In this document: positions 13,501 through 26,185 of the stretch, one piece after another
Layout of the letters: every line of letters begins with the position of its first letter
How positions within the stretch are numbered: the first letter of the stretch is position 1
Source of the DNA: Lytechinus pictus
Taxonomy: Eukaryota
Length of the DNA: 64,000 nucleotides
Reading direction: 5' to 3'
NCBI RefSeq assembly: GCF_037042905.1
Contig: NC_087245.1
Span: 22,136,001 to 22,200,000, forward strand
Made by a program: the position numbers and the translations under genes
Notes under the pieces: model-generated
Database searches by the model: none
What the model was told of the DNA's origin: nothing
The model's input: the letters and a program-made list of their open reading frames with translations, nothing else

Positions 13501-13827
13501 TTACCTCGGCTGTCGCGCAAATTCACTTCCCCGTTTTATCCGATCTTAAGTACATAAACATATTGCCATTGAGTCCCCTGTACAGATCGCGCTAGAACTT
13601 CGGTCTCTGTATTTGGTGAGTGAAGCCAACGGAGTTCAGCTGAACAACCAACATAACAGAGACCGAAGCTTTTGGTCTAGATTTTGAACGAAATCCATCA
13701 ATACTTACCTCAACCACGGATCTTTCAGACCTCTAAGTGCTAACCTTTCCTGCACAGCTTTCAACTGAGGTACATCTTCTGCTTTGTAAATACGCCAATC
13801 CGGCACCTCGATGCCTCCTTTTCCCAT
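1971..13827 (-). CDS. NDUFB3: NADH dehydrogenase (ubiquinone) 1 beta subcomplex subunit 3; join(13709..13827,1971..2121), 89 aa
   Basis: Manual splice gives MGKGGIEVPDWRIYKAEDVPQLKAVQERLALRGLKDPWLR|NEVWRYQPCFKPIPWWRFIFRGLPIGASLFVVAVGLEKMFSKDDGHGHH*. It has the family motif GLxDPWxRNExWRY, one TM helix and a His-rich end. The intron is GTAAGT..CAG, phase 2 on both sides. Confidence 0.95.
2478..2695. mobile_element. PIF/Harbinger-like MITE
   Basis: TIR GGGTGGTATTCTGA / TCAGAATAACACCC flanked by CAG on both sides. Confidence 0.6.
3908..4291 (+). mobile_element. Interspersed repeat with TAG..CTA ends (Academ-like MITE), copy 1
   Basis: Inverted homologue at 13229-13679, sharing AAAAGCTTCGGTCTCTG and CTCCTCGAAACAGACGGCTGCCAGCTGTCTA. 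Confidence 0.6.
5039..5112 (-). mobile_element. tRNA-derived (SINE head or pseudo-tRNA) sequence; truncated second copy at about 5328-5394
   Basis: Minus strand has A-box TAGCCTGGTGG, B-box GGTTCGAATCC and acceptor-like stem GAACCAG/CTGGTTC, but the T-stem is broken. Confidence 0.6.
5468..5624. mobile_element. Harbinger-like MITE
   Basis: TIR GGGAGAGTTTCAT / ATGAAACGCTCCC with CAG/CTG (CWG) flanks. Confidence 0.6.
5793..6398. mobile_element. TTAA-flanked non-autonomous DNA transposon (Kolobok/piggyBac-type)
   Basis: TTAA at both ends; long imperfect TIRs (GAGAATGAAAC..GTTTCATTCTC; CCCATTGGCAATGCGACCAAGATC and its reverse complement). Confidence 0.75.
6458..7592 (-). mobile_element. Helentron-associated element (HINE/DINE-1-like) with about 6 internal tandem units of ~160-190 bp and a (GCC)n tract
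   Basis: Perfect subterminal IR GTCTCACCTGCAT (6480-6492 and 7578-7590), terminal hairpin, CTTGTT end, insertion into an A/T run with no TSD. Degenerate relative at about 36060-36490. Confidence 0.75.
8620..9110 (+). repeat. Interspersed repeat, also at about 3080-3560 (direct) and about 4710-4930 (inverted)
   Basis: Shared CAACCACCCTGCCTG, CCATACAGTTGCAATTTATT and AATAAGCCAAACATTGCC. Confidence 0.7.
9322..13146. mobile_element. 3.8-kb non-autonomous TIR DNA transposon (hAT-like)
   Basis: Perfect 14-bp TIR CAACGTTCTCGCCA / TGGCGAGAACGTTG; flanks GGGCCCACC / GCGCCCACC; subterminal TTCACGGTTGTCGG repeats; no transposase ORF recognised. Confidence 0.8.
13229..13679 (-). mobile_element. Same family, copy 2 (inverted), about 30 nt from the NDUFB3 donor
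   Basis: Reverse-complement match to 3908-4291. Confidence 0.6.
13709..13827 (-). CDS. NDUFB3: NDUFB3 coding exon 1
   Basis: ATG at 13827; 119 nt encoding MGKGG...GLKDPWL(R); donor AG|GTAAGT. Confidence 0.95.
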
Positions 13828-14186
13828 TTTTTAAAGAATTTAATCACAGGATTTTGGTAGTCCGTACGGTACAGAGATTATACGAAACCCCAAACTAAGA
13901 TTTCTAATTCAACAAGAGATGGGGCTATAACATGTTTCTATTAGAATTACTTACACCTAACAAGCACTGCTTGGTTCGTTTCTTTCTTTCTTTCTTTATC
14001 GTTTTTTTTTTTTTTTTTTTTTTTTTTTTGGGGGGGGGTTTGGGGGGTATCATTTGTACATTAGATTTATCTATATCTATACTATAGCTCCATCCAGTCA
14101 TCAATCCGTCCGTCCGTCCATCCATCCATCCGCCCCGGGATCCGCCCAGGCATCCATCCATCCCTCCATCTATCTATATAATTTAA

Positions 14187-14437
<251 letters not shown>

Positions 14438-17430
14438 AATGTATCTGTCCAGCTTTTGAGAGAATAAATTTATAAAGCCTGTCGGCGCTTATGAAAATTT
14501 GGCATCTTGACCAAAAAAAATTAATTAGTTTTATCCTGGACCTATTACAAACAATGGTTTTATAAGCCCTGCTGTATGTTGTCTGTCAACGATTTTAGAG
14601 AATTAAGTAAATGTAACCTTATTGCATTAGCAAAAGTTCGTTAAGCAAATACAAATGGACTGGTATCATACACTCGTTATTCCTCTTTTCTTTCTTTTTT
14701 ATTGAAATACTTTGTCCTTTGAAATATTTTGTATTCATGATAATAAAAACAAGTTATTTAAATCATAATGATTTACAATAAAAGCGATTTACAGACGTGT
14801 TTAAGGAGGGGGACAACCATGCTTTATTTTACTAGATCGGGGAAATACTCCCGTTTTCACGTGATAGAATCCAGGAGTAGGATATATATGTAAAAACGTG
14901 TTCGACATCGCAACATTTCCCACATTTACATACTACCGGAATTGCGACTGTCTCTTCTTTGTAATTCTGAAATGTATTAAAAATGAATTTCGAAATTCTT
15001 CTTCTTCGATTGTTAGGGACAGATTTAAGAAAAAAAAACTTTTTATCCATTGGCATTATGGGTTTGTTTAAGAAATTTCGTCAAAAAGATTATCGTTTTT
15101 CTGTTCCATTATTTAAATGACAACTAGTTTAATATCCCTTATTATTTTTATATGAGACTAATGAGCAGCCCCATATTGTCGTTTGGAGAATATGAGCCGA
15201 ATTAAAATAATAATAAACATTCCTTTCAAAATGGCAAAAGGTACTTTGTGTCTAAATATTATTTCCTCTTAATTCCCCCCAATTTTTGTTAGGAAATACT
15301 TCGAAATTTGTTTTATGAATTTTCCAAAATCTATCACATGCTTTTCATATCTTCCTTCAATTCTCTCAATATTTCATACCTCTATATAAACACTACTGAA
15401 AAAATCAACACATCTGGTAGATCTTTTTTAAAAGTATACGGTTTATACTGGACCTCTCGAAAGAACAGAGCCATTATATCAATGGCTCTGAATAAATTGA
15501 CACATCCGTATCTTTTTAAATGTTTATATCTTGTACAATGCATTTCGTTGTGATTTTTATACGGTAAATAAAACCAAACCAAACCAAACCAAAATCCATA
15601 AAAGGTCTATATACAGCAAAATTTATCAAACTTCAGTTCACTTATAAATCTTGTCATTCACGCAAAATGTAACATAAGCTTGGAAATAGTACTGAATGGA
15701 ACATGACACATTTAGGCTTTTCTTGATATTTAGCAATAAAGTTGTATCATTTATATACACAAAAATATGTCAGTTTATATAGTCTTTATCAATATTATTT
15801 CACTATAAAGGAATTGATGTATCTGTTGCCATTTCCCTTTTTGCAACGATAACATCAATCCATGACATTGTAATCTGTGCTGATGGAAATGATCGCCTTT
15901 AAAGGGATGGTTATGACAAATCAAATACGTTTCTGACTATATATATATATATATATATCGTTTCATCAAAGGAGGCACAGTGTCATTTACCATAAACTTT
16001 TTTCACATTAAAATACAATTTTGTATTATTTTAAAACTTATACAAGAATGCAAATATACTCTACATGAATATTTTGACAAGTATAATCATGGATAATTTT
16101 ACGAAATGTATATTAACAAGGTAATGTTAAACACTCAAGTTGCTTGACAGCTAACAAGTTTTAAATCTATCACCGTATTGATTTGATTGTTTCACATACC
16201 TCCAAAAATACATATTATTCGTCTTGAACATAATACAAAAATATAATGACAAAATAACATTTACAGTTGACATAGAAATACAATAACGTGAATTATGGAG
16301 AACATTATATTAAAAACACAGCTTGTAAATACACAGAAAAATTATATTGATTAAAACTCCTATAACGCAATGAAGAAAGGTATTTTAACGGATCAAAAAT
16401 ATTTCTATCCCTATACATTATATATCACCGTGATATGTTTGTTAACCATGCAGTTGGGGCATAACCTTAAATCAAATTTTCATATTATTATTATTCACGT
16501 CAGGCGTTCAATCAATTTTATAAGGAAAAATAAACACAAATATTCAAGTCTCAACAATTATTTCAGTACTTTCTTTAAAAAAAAAAGAATACATTACAAA
16601 ATCTAGAATCGAGTGCTGCCTTTATTATTCTGAGAAAGGTTTCAAACAAAAATGCGAATCAACACCTTTTCCATAAGTGCACTTAAAATGGATAACCTTC
16701 ACTACAAATCCAACTAATGTAGTATTACAAATCCAAGTAATTAGTAAAGTCCATATTTTAAGCCAAATTAATAAAAGGTATATACATTATTCTTACATAA
16801 TGTTGACAATGCTAACATGGAAGGAGCAACAATGTTAACTTTACTAGCGAAAGCATATTGTATATCATGGCAAGTTCTCAGATTAGCAAATTTGTGGGCA
16901 AGGATGCAAGATAGCACTAAAATCAAATACATACGAATGTAGTAGTTACAAATTGATCACAATTTGTGGATAATACATCATAATGTTAGAATGAGTGAAG
17001 GAACAACAATCTTTGGATAAGAAAAACAAATGTGACTCCAATATTGTATACTATTTCTCGAAAAAAAAAAACATGCCAAGCATAAAAAGAGATCACCTTT
17101 TCTTGGGAATAAAATGACAAGCGAAAAGGCGGGTCTTCACTTAGTTTGTGAAAGGGTCGCCCCCCCCCAAAAAATGGACAAAAGAAATCTATCACCAAAT
17201 CACCGCCTACGATAATTATGAACTGTGGCAAATAAACTAGTATGCATATTACAATTTTTTACAGTGGGAGCATCAATCAACTTTGCATAATTATTTCAGC
17301 TTCCTCGACAAAAGTGACTGAGAAACACAATACGTAAAGCTGTTTGTAACTTTGTGAACACCATGGGTGCTCCTTTCGTTATTATCGTCGGTCCCAGAAG
17401 AATAAAACTAGTCATTATTGGACTTAATAG

Positions 17431-17614
17431 CAGGGGCCGCGGAACCGGGGGGGGGGGGGCTGGGGGGCTTCAGCCCCCCCCCCCCCCACTTTTTTCAAAA
17501 ACCGTGTACAAAAATGTAAAAATGACCATATGATTGTGATTTTTAGCATGGTCAGCCCCCCCACTATTGGCTCAGCCCCCCCCCCCCACTTTAAAAACCG
17601 TTCCGCGGCCCCTG
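17431..17614. mobile_element. MITE (hAT-like CAGGGG termini)
   Basis: TIR CAGGGGCCGCGGAAC / GTTCCGCGGCCCCTG. Confidence 0.7.
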
Positions 17615-18175
17615 CATATAGTACAAATTTTCCAGATTAACAAACTATATCATTATTCCAGCCATACACAGCAAAAAATATGGTTTTAACAGTTGTACAT
17701 AGAGGTCCACACTAGTTTTTTTTTACCGTGACACCGGTGTTAAATTTACAGTGTTAGTTTAACACCTATAGGTATCATTAAAACACCTTTGGTGGTTATA
17801 TTTACACTCTTTGGTGTTATGTTCAATCTGTGGGGTGTAATTTCAACACCTCAGGGTGTGGTCCTCTATTAACGCCAACTGGTGTCAGTTTTAACACAAC
17901 AGTTTTTACAGTCTATTGACACAGTAGTCTAACCAAAGATAAATGACGAAAATCCAAATGATATCACCAGCGTTCCCAATAAACGTTACAATAACTGAGA
18001 ACAAATAGGTGTCTACAAATATCATTTCAACTCTATAATTTCCTTCATTTTTACCAGAATTATGGTAAAATTTAAACGACATTTTTTTTCGTAATATTAT
18101 GTCAGATAAAATCCTATTCGAATACGGAGTAGATTTTTCCAACCGGACTTGTGTTCCTCAGTGGAGATTCGTTGC

Positions 18176-18199
18176 TCATCTCTGTCCATAGTCAGGTTC
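18176..18199 (-). CDS. Mucin terminal exon
   Basis: Strong acceptor TTTTTTTTTCAG|, then EPDYGQR and TGA. Confidence 0.7.
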   Translation of the reverse strand, partial: EPDYGQR

Positions 18200-18413
18200 C
18201 TGAAAAAAAAACGAGAAGAACAATGGAAATAAATAAATATTTTTGGGTCATAATGGTTTAGGAAACTTTCATATTACAAGCATATCTTGATCTTGAAGTG
18301 AAAATTTAAGTTTGATCTTAATTTACACGAATAGCAAAATTACATTATGACAGGAGACGCCAAGGCGACACACTTACATGACGAAAATATTACCCCTCCA
18401 CCCTCTCTCCCCC

Positions 18414-18455
<42 letters not shown>

Positions 18456-21400
18456 GGTACCCCCACCCCTCTCACCCCCTAAATTTCGCATAAACGCACA
18501 CAAGCTACATCTATCTATATCCTACATATCTATCTTTATACCAAGTTATCCAGAGTCTATGTAAATTGTCTCAGTTATGCATCAAAAATGTACTTTCCCC
18601 TGCTATTTTAACTAAAAAATAATGTGTAATCTAACGTCTTGAAGTTAATGTAAACCAACAAATATTTTTAATGCGTTTCTTAATATACATGCGGGGGGGG
18701 GGGGTGAGATCATATATATAGGGGATCCACGCTCTACAAGCAATGCTTTTTAGTGGATCCCCTCATTTCCATACACGTTTTTTTACTGTTTATACAAGCT
18801 TTTGTTATATAATTATGCTGAGGTAAAATTGATTTTGTACTCGTACTTTGAGTTGTATCTGTATTTGATTTATATTTGTCATGGAAATGAAATAAACTTC
18901 TTGAATCTTGAATCATACCGGAAAGCCCTGATAGCCAGAGGGATCCATGGACAGACGTACTTCACTGTTACCAAATGAATAATAATTGCTGATTCGAGGT
19001 CGCTGAATCTTATACTACGAGGAAAATAAAACACAGAACATTCATTTAATAAATCTGTTGGGAGTTAGAAAAGTTTAAATGACATCGATTCGCAGAGAAA
19101 GGATTAGCCTCTTGTCGAGGCCCTGTCGGCTGCTTTCCGAGCGAACATGGCTAAGCAAGGGAGAGAGCGAAGCAGAGCGCCGCGGCCTAATTCGCTTCGC
19201 GAATTAGGAAATCCCTCGCTTCGCTCGGGAAGCAGCCGCCAGGGCCTCGACAAGAGGCTAAGAAATGATGACCTTCTGGTTCTAACAAAAGAAGCAAATT
19301 TATAAGGTATTTCATTTTATATTGATTTGGGGAAAATGCACTTTATATAGGAGAGCAATGAAAATCAACATTTAGATTTAACTGCTGCCTATACATGGTT
19401 TAAAATGAATGATACCTGAATGATTCATTTGCATTTTAAAAAATCAACTCGGAATGATGTATATGGAGAAGTTTTTGATAGTGATATAAATCTGAGTGAT
19501 TGAAGTAAGATTTATTAAATTTTAGTAATATTTCTCATTTAATGACTGATGCCATAATGGTTTTAATTTTCTGAAAGAAAATTCCTTATGAAAATTAATT
19601 ATAAATTTAAGGATGAATAAAACACTTCACTGAAATCCTCATAACAAGAAAAGTAATATGGCGATCGACAATAAAGTGAACTGCGCTCCCATTTTCATTG
19701 ATTTCACATGTTTTAGAATTCATTCCCTTCGTGGATCGTGAACACATGGGTAAAGCCTGAGTTACCCTGTGCCAAGGTGGGATTCGAATCTTGGTCCCCG
19801 TGATTCGAAGTCTGGAGGATTAATTTGCTATACCTCTTCATTCGTTTATGAAAACAAATCGGCATATTATATGATTAATCTGGTGTATGAAATTATTCAT
19901 TTTGTATGGCTTTATGTTGTGAGCACTGATCATTGCTGGAGAAGATTTTAAAAAATTACTCTCTTACACTTTCGTTATAATAAATAAAAATAATGAAGGA
20001 CTTGTATAGCGCACGTATCCACCGTGTTAGGTGCTCAAGGCGCTCTTATTACAGTGCGTCCCCCAAAAAACTATACACTTTTGAAATGGCTGCCCAAAAC
20101 AAAATATATCACTTTAGGGAAAAACACTTACATAATTATGGAAGCCAGTAAAGTCAACTTTCAAATAACACCAAAAAGTTGGAAAACTAGTCATGCTTGA
20201 GCGAGCACTGCCCACTGAAACAAAGGGTATGAAAATTAGGCTGGCTGGAATTAGCCTTCCAATTTCTGTCAGTTTTTGAGAGGCAAATCCTTTGGAACTT
20301 GCAAAGTTAAGGGCGTTGTGATAAATTAATGATCAACCGTGAACAGTTTTGGTTGTTTAAGCAAGTTTCATAAATTATTGAATTTAACTTTAATGCATGA
20401 GTGAACACAAATTTCACTTTTTGGGGGCAGCGTTTCAAAATTATCATGTGGATCTCATCAATGTGTTCATGGGAGTCGGGAAAATAGGGGTGAGATAGGA
20501 CTTAGATGGGAGAAGAAGGGTGATGGAATAAGGGTCAACAAAACATTTAGCCCCCCCCCCCCTCCCTCTCTCCCGCCCTCCCCTCCTGTTGAGTGACTGA
20601 TTGCTATTGTCATGTACGCGTGAAGTCCAGAGCAGTATGTTGATTTAATGATATTTTCCGAATTGGGGCATCAACTGTTTCCTATCAATCATAAATCAAC
20701 AATTTATCAATAAATCAACTATTTCAATGTGCATTGTGATCAATCAAACATTCAGTGTTTTCAATAAATTATTTCATAAATCATCATAATCAGTCAATAT
20801 CTTGGTAATCAAATTCAATGAAAAAAATGATTATCAGCCACCGGTCACTTCAGTGGCAGTTAAGTTTTGTATAGGCTACAATCCAGGAAGTGAGACAGAG
20901 AAAGGGGGGAGGCTGGGAAATGGAGGTGGAGGGGGATACATATGACTTTTAATTTGTAAAAGGACAAAAAAGAAGAGGAATGCCCTTTTAATCAAGTCTT
21001 ACCATATCTCGCCCTCTTGCTTGTAACAGGTACCATCACATTACTCTGACTCTCACGAACACACTGCCGAGGTCCACTAGATGAATATGCTACACTAAAA
21101 TTACAATTCCTGTTCACTCATGCATTAAATTTCAATTTCAATTTTCAATCCAATTTGCCTAAGAAACCAAAACTTATCTCATTCATTAATTTAGCATAAC
21201 ACCCTAAGCTTTGCAAGTTCCAAATGACTAACCACTCAAAAAACTGTAAGGCTAATTCCTGCCCAGCCTAGCCGAGTTTAGTCTCTCAGGAGGAGAGAAG
21301 TGGGGGGGGGGGTAGATATGGAGGAAGGGGTTGCTAAATGTTCTGTTGACCTTTATCCCATCAACGTACTTCACCTTCTTAAGTCCTATCCTACCCCCTA

Positions 21401-24400
21401 TTCTCCTGACTCTCATGAACACATTGCTGAGATCCACATGATAAAGTCAAAATGCTGCACTAAACATTGTATATCATGATCACTCATGCATTAAATTTCA
21501 ATTTAATAACGCATGAAATTTTCTCAAACAACAAACTGATCACAATTGATCATTAATTCATCACAAAACCCTCAACTTTGGAAGTTCCAAACAAAAAAAC
21601 CTGAAAGAATTTGGAAGGCTAATTCCAGCCCAGCCTAATTTTTTTGTTTCAGTGGGCAGTGCTCGCTCAAGCATGAAAAGTTTTCAAACTTGTTGGTTTC
21701 ATTTTAAAGTTGACTTTATTTTCTTTCTATATATATAAGTTTTTCCCCCCAAAGTGATATATTTTTTATTTGGCAGCCATTTCAAAAGTGTATAGTTATT
21801 TGGGGGGACGCACTGTATAACCCGGCTATGCTAGTCTACCGATTCCGGTGCTCAGACAGCTTTTTGAGGAATTACTTCCTGCCGGTAAACCCATTTACCT
21901 CACCTGGTTTGGGTGAGGGACACTATCATCGCTATCATCAGCATTGCTGAGGAATGGTTCAAGCTTGATATGTTCAGCAGCCGAATCGCCCCAGAACTCT
22001 GAATTAATCATCTCCTGATGAGATCCAGTATTTGAAGATTGAGAGTGACGCTTTGAAGAGTCATCGATCACTTCTAGTCCGCTTTCCTATAGGCAGCAAA
22101 TGAAAAGGGGGTATTGTCTTTTACCCACAGGTACTTAAAGGGATGGTCCAGGCTGGAGATAATTATATCTCAATAAATAGATTAAAATTCACAAAGCAAA
22201 ATGCTGAAAATTTGATCAAAATTGGATAAAAATAACGAAGATATTGAATTTTAAAGATTTTCATTATTCCAGTGAAACTGTTCTAGGCATGTATTTATGA
22301 ATATTCATTAGATGGGCTGATGATGTCATATCCCCACTTGTTCTTTTGTATTTTGTTATATGAAGTTAGGTTTATTCAAAAAATTTCTACCAACAACTAA
22401 AACAATTGGATTGACAACTGATTAAGTGCATTAATTATTTATTGCCGCAACTTATTACATCATAATGGAGACACATCATTTACACATGTATGAAAAATGA
22501 AACATTTATGATTTCATGTAATAACATAAGAAAAGGGAAAGTGGGAATGTGACATCATCAGCCCTCCTAATTAATGTTCATGACGATGTGAATATAACTG
22601 TTTTCTCAATATTGATACACTTTTAAAATTCAATAACTTCGTTATTTGTTATCCGATTTTGATGAAATTTTCAGCATTTTGCTCTGTGAATTTTACTATA
22701 TTTATTTATATATAAATATTTTCAATCCGGACCATCCCTGCAAGTTTTAAAGTGCCATCTACAACAAAGAAGACGAGATATTTTCTGGAGCCACGTCCAG
22801 ATGGCTAGATCTTGCCAAGTCGATTACGAAAGTTGCATGTCATTGAGAGATTTCTTTGAGAGAGATACGTGGGAGATAGCGATAATGAAATTCGCTATGG
22901 CGACGTTTAACTTTTATAAGTCGACTTAGCAAGATAACGTATCTCGCTATTTTCCGCTGCAATTATTTAACCATGAACTTCCAATTCATTTCAATTTAAT
23001 TCTTTATTTAATTTCAATTCAACCATAATACAAAGTAATATAAATGGGATATTACTTAACAGATTGACATTTTAAAGAAAAGCAGTATAAAATATAGCAG
23101 TGATGGGGTGACCATAATTTGCGCACATTTAAAAATTATCATGAAGTTGATTTTCAATCAAAAATTTCTCACAGTTCACACAAAATTAATCAAAATCATA
23201 AATACCAGATGAAAGGCAAGATTCCAAAGTCAAAATCGCTTGACGGAATTATAAAGTAGGTCAAGGGGTTCGCTCGTATCGCGATCTCAAAATTCCATGG
23301 CGATCGACTAGAGCGCGCTCGGCTGAAAAAGTGTCATAAAAAAGTGTGACCTTAATTTGCGCACGATCTTTTTGCAAAGCTTTAGAAAATAAATCAAGCA
23401 GCCAAAGGTAAGATAATCATATAATAGCTGGGGGTGAAAATGCCATAAATTCGGTTGGTATCACATTTTACTCACTTATTTGGAGACCTCTGCTTGCAAA
23501 TTGGCAATTTCTTGATGCTTGTCTAGAAGATCGGATTTTCTCGGAGCGGACGCAAAAGGTAACATAATTTGCCGATGTTTTGCCAATATTTTCACAATTT
23601 GAGACCTTACCTTCAAAATATTACCATACTGAGTAATTTTTGGGTAGCTTATATAACAAAATTCTGTTGGTGATATCAGTTTTTCAAGATATTAATTAGA
23701 TAAAGAGGTATTCGACCGTGTGCAAAATTAGGTAATGGCGAATTAAGGTCACAAGGGGACCTTTTCAAAAGAGAAAAGAAAAAAGGAAAGAAAATGAAAT
23801 GAAAGAGAAAGGGTGAAATATGATATCATTTTCTAAATATGTCAAAATCTATCACAAAATTTGAGTTTTGGAATAAAATATGTCAAACTTTTTGCTAGCT
23901 CGCTTCACTCGCTCCCAATTTGTTTTAAAAAAAATTTCCCGATACGCCATATCTTACCCCTCAAAATTTTTGGCTCGTTACGCCACGGGGGGGGGGTCCA
24001 TTTAAAACTGTGGCATACTTCCAGACTACAACTACTCACTCTTTTGCCCTCATGTCCAACACCGCCATTTTGTTTTTGTTTGGTGATAAAGCTGGATGAC
24101 GTCATATCGGTAGGACCATCCCCTTTGTTATAGATGTATGAATAAGGTCTTCGACGCTGTAGGATATCACCATTATCGATATCATCAATGGGCGGGAAGA
24201 TGTTCTCGTTGCCATTAACAAAACCGTGATTTTGAAAGGCATTGATGACGTCATCACCGTCTACGGATGATTTCCCCGTCCTTTCACATGTTTGGAATAG
24301 AAATAAGATAACGGTTTAGGATTTGATCTTAATTAGAAATGTGGCATAGTGTTTGGGAAAAGACAAGTACGTGCAGCAGTATCGTAATTTACTGCAAATT

Positions 24401-25787
24401 TCTCAGCACAGTTCATAAATTGAATTGAATTGAATCGGTTTCAAAGCAATAGTGTGTGTAATTTCTTCTTATAACAAAATAACATTTTTATTTTGAATAG
24501 CAGAAATGCTGCATTTCAAGCTAAACAAATAAAACAATACATAAGTTGAAAACCAATATTTAGTTTCGTTTAGTATCTTCGTTAAAACCCCCCTAACAAT
24601 AGGGTCTACGTCATGGACGGAAATCCCAGGGGGGGGAACAGGAGGACGCGTCCCCCTACCATTTGGAAAGGGGGGACACAATATCAAATGCCCCCTACTA
24701 TTTTGTGGTATTTCATGATGGGAAAAAAAAACATCATTCCTTTTGAAAGTGATTCCCTTTTTTTTCTTGCTTGTCAAATATACTTTGGACGAAATGACCT
24801 AATTTTTTTGCTTGTCAAATTTTCCGGGGGGAAAAAAATCCTTGATCCACCCCTGGTCCCCCCCCCCCTACCTTCGGGGAGAGATTTCCGCCCATGGTCT
24901 ACGGCTTCAACATATACGTTTAATAAAATGAAAGAGTGAAAATCAAACCATTGATATGCCAATAAAATCGCCAAATGAAAATATCAGTTATCACATTAAG
25001 GGAATTATCGTTGTTTTGTCCTTATCATTCCTTTCTTCTGTCTCATTGTTTTGCTTCTTGCTGATAGTGCAATTATCATTTGATACTTTGAAAATTTATC
25101 AGTAAATGTTATATGTTTCAATAAACAAAGCTAAAGTAAAGATAATTACTTCTCAGATTTGTCCATTGTTTTTGCATACAGATACCCAATAATTGAAACA
25201 AGGAGTACGAGCAATACAGCGCCCCCACACGAGCATCCAATGATCAGGTATGTTTGATCGACGTGATATTGGCAGTTGTAACCCCAGTACCATTCACCGT
25301 TGTTCCAATCACAGCTGAAAAGGAGAAGATAGAGGCAAATGTTAAGTTTCGGTGTATCAATAAATCACATTTTTTCACATTAAAGAGCATTTTATTGATA
25401 TTGAATTATTGCAAAACTTTTCACGTCATACATCCTCTTTTATCTTTGACTGTGATCATCACTTTAAAAAAAACAGGCGATCGCCCTAAATTGCCCTCAC
25501 CCACTTTGGACTGTCAAGTATGAGTTTTAGAGGCTTGTAAATCGCTGAATTTATATATCACTTCATTTGTTCAATCTGTATATATCACATTCCTATATCA
25601 CAAACTATGATATACTTGTAATATTTTTAACAGTGTTTCTTAATCACCGCTATCATTAATATAATTATGCATAATAGACCACACAGGTTCAACATTAGGA
25701 ATAACCCTAAGGAGAATAATGGGTTTATTCTGTTAATAGTAGAAGTTGTTAGGCCTATAGTGGTAGCAGCAGCAGCAGCAGCAGCAA

Positions 25788-25829
<42 letters not shown>

Positions 25830-25879
25830 CAGCAGCAGCAGCAGTATAAGTAGTAGTAGTATAGTATTTACTACTATTG

Positions 25880-25926
<47 letters not shown>

Positions 25927-25951
25927 GCCGCTAATATTATTATTATTAGAA

Positions 25952-26011
<60 letters not shown>

Positions 26012-26012
26012 A

Positions 26013-26083
<71 letters not shown>

Positions 26084-26099
26084 ATAGTAGTAGTAGTAA

Positions 26100-26185
<86 letters not shown>

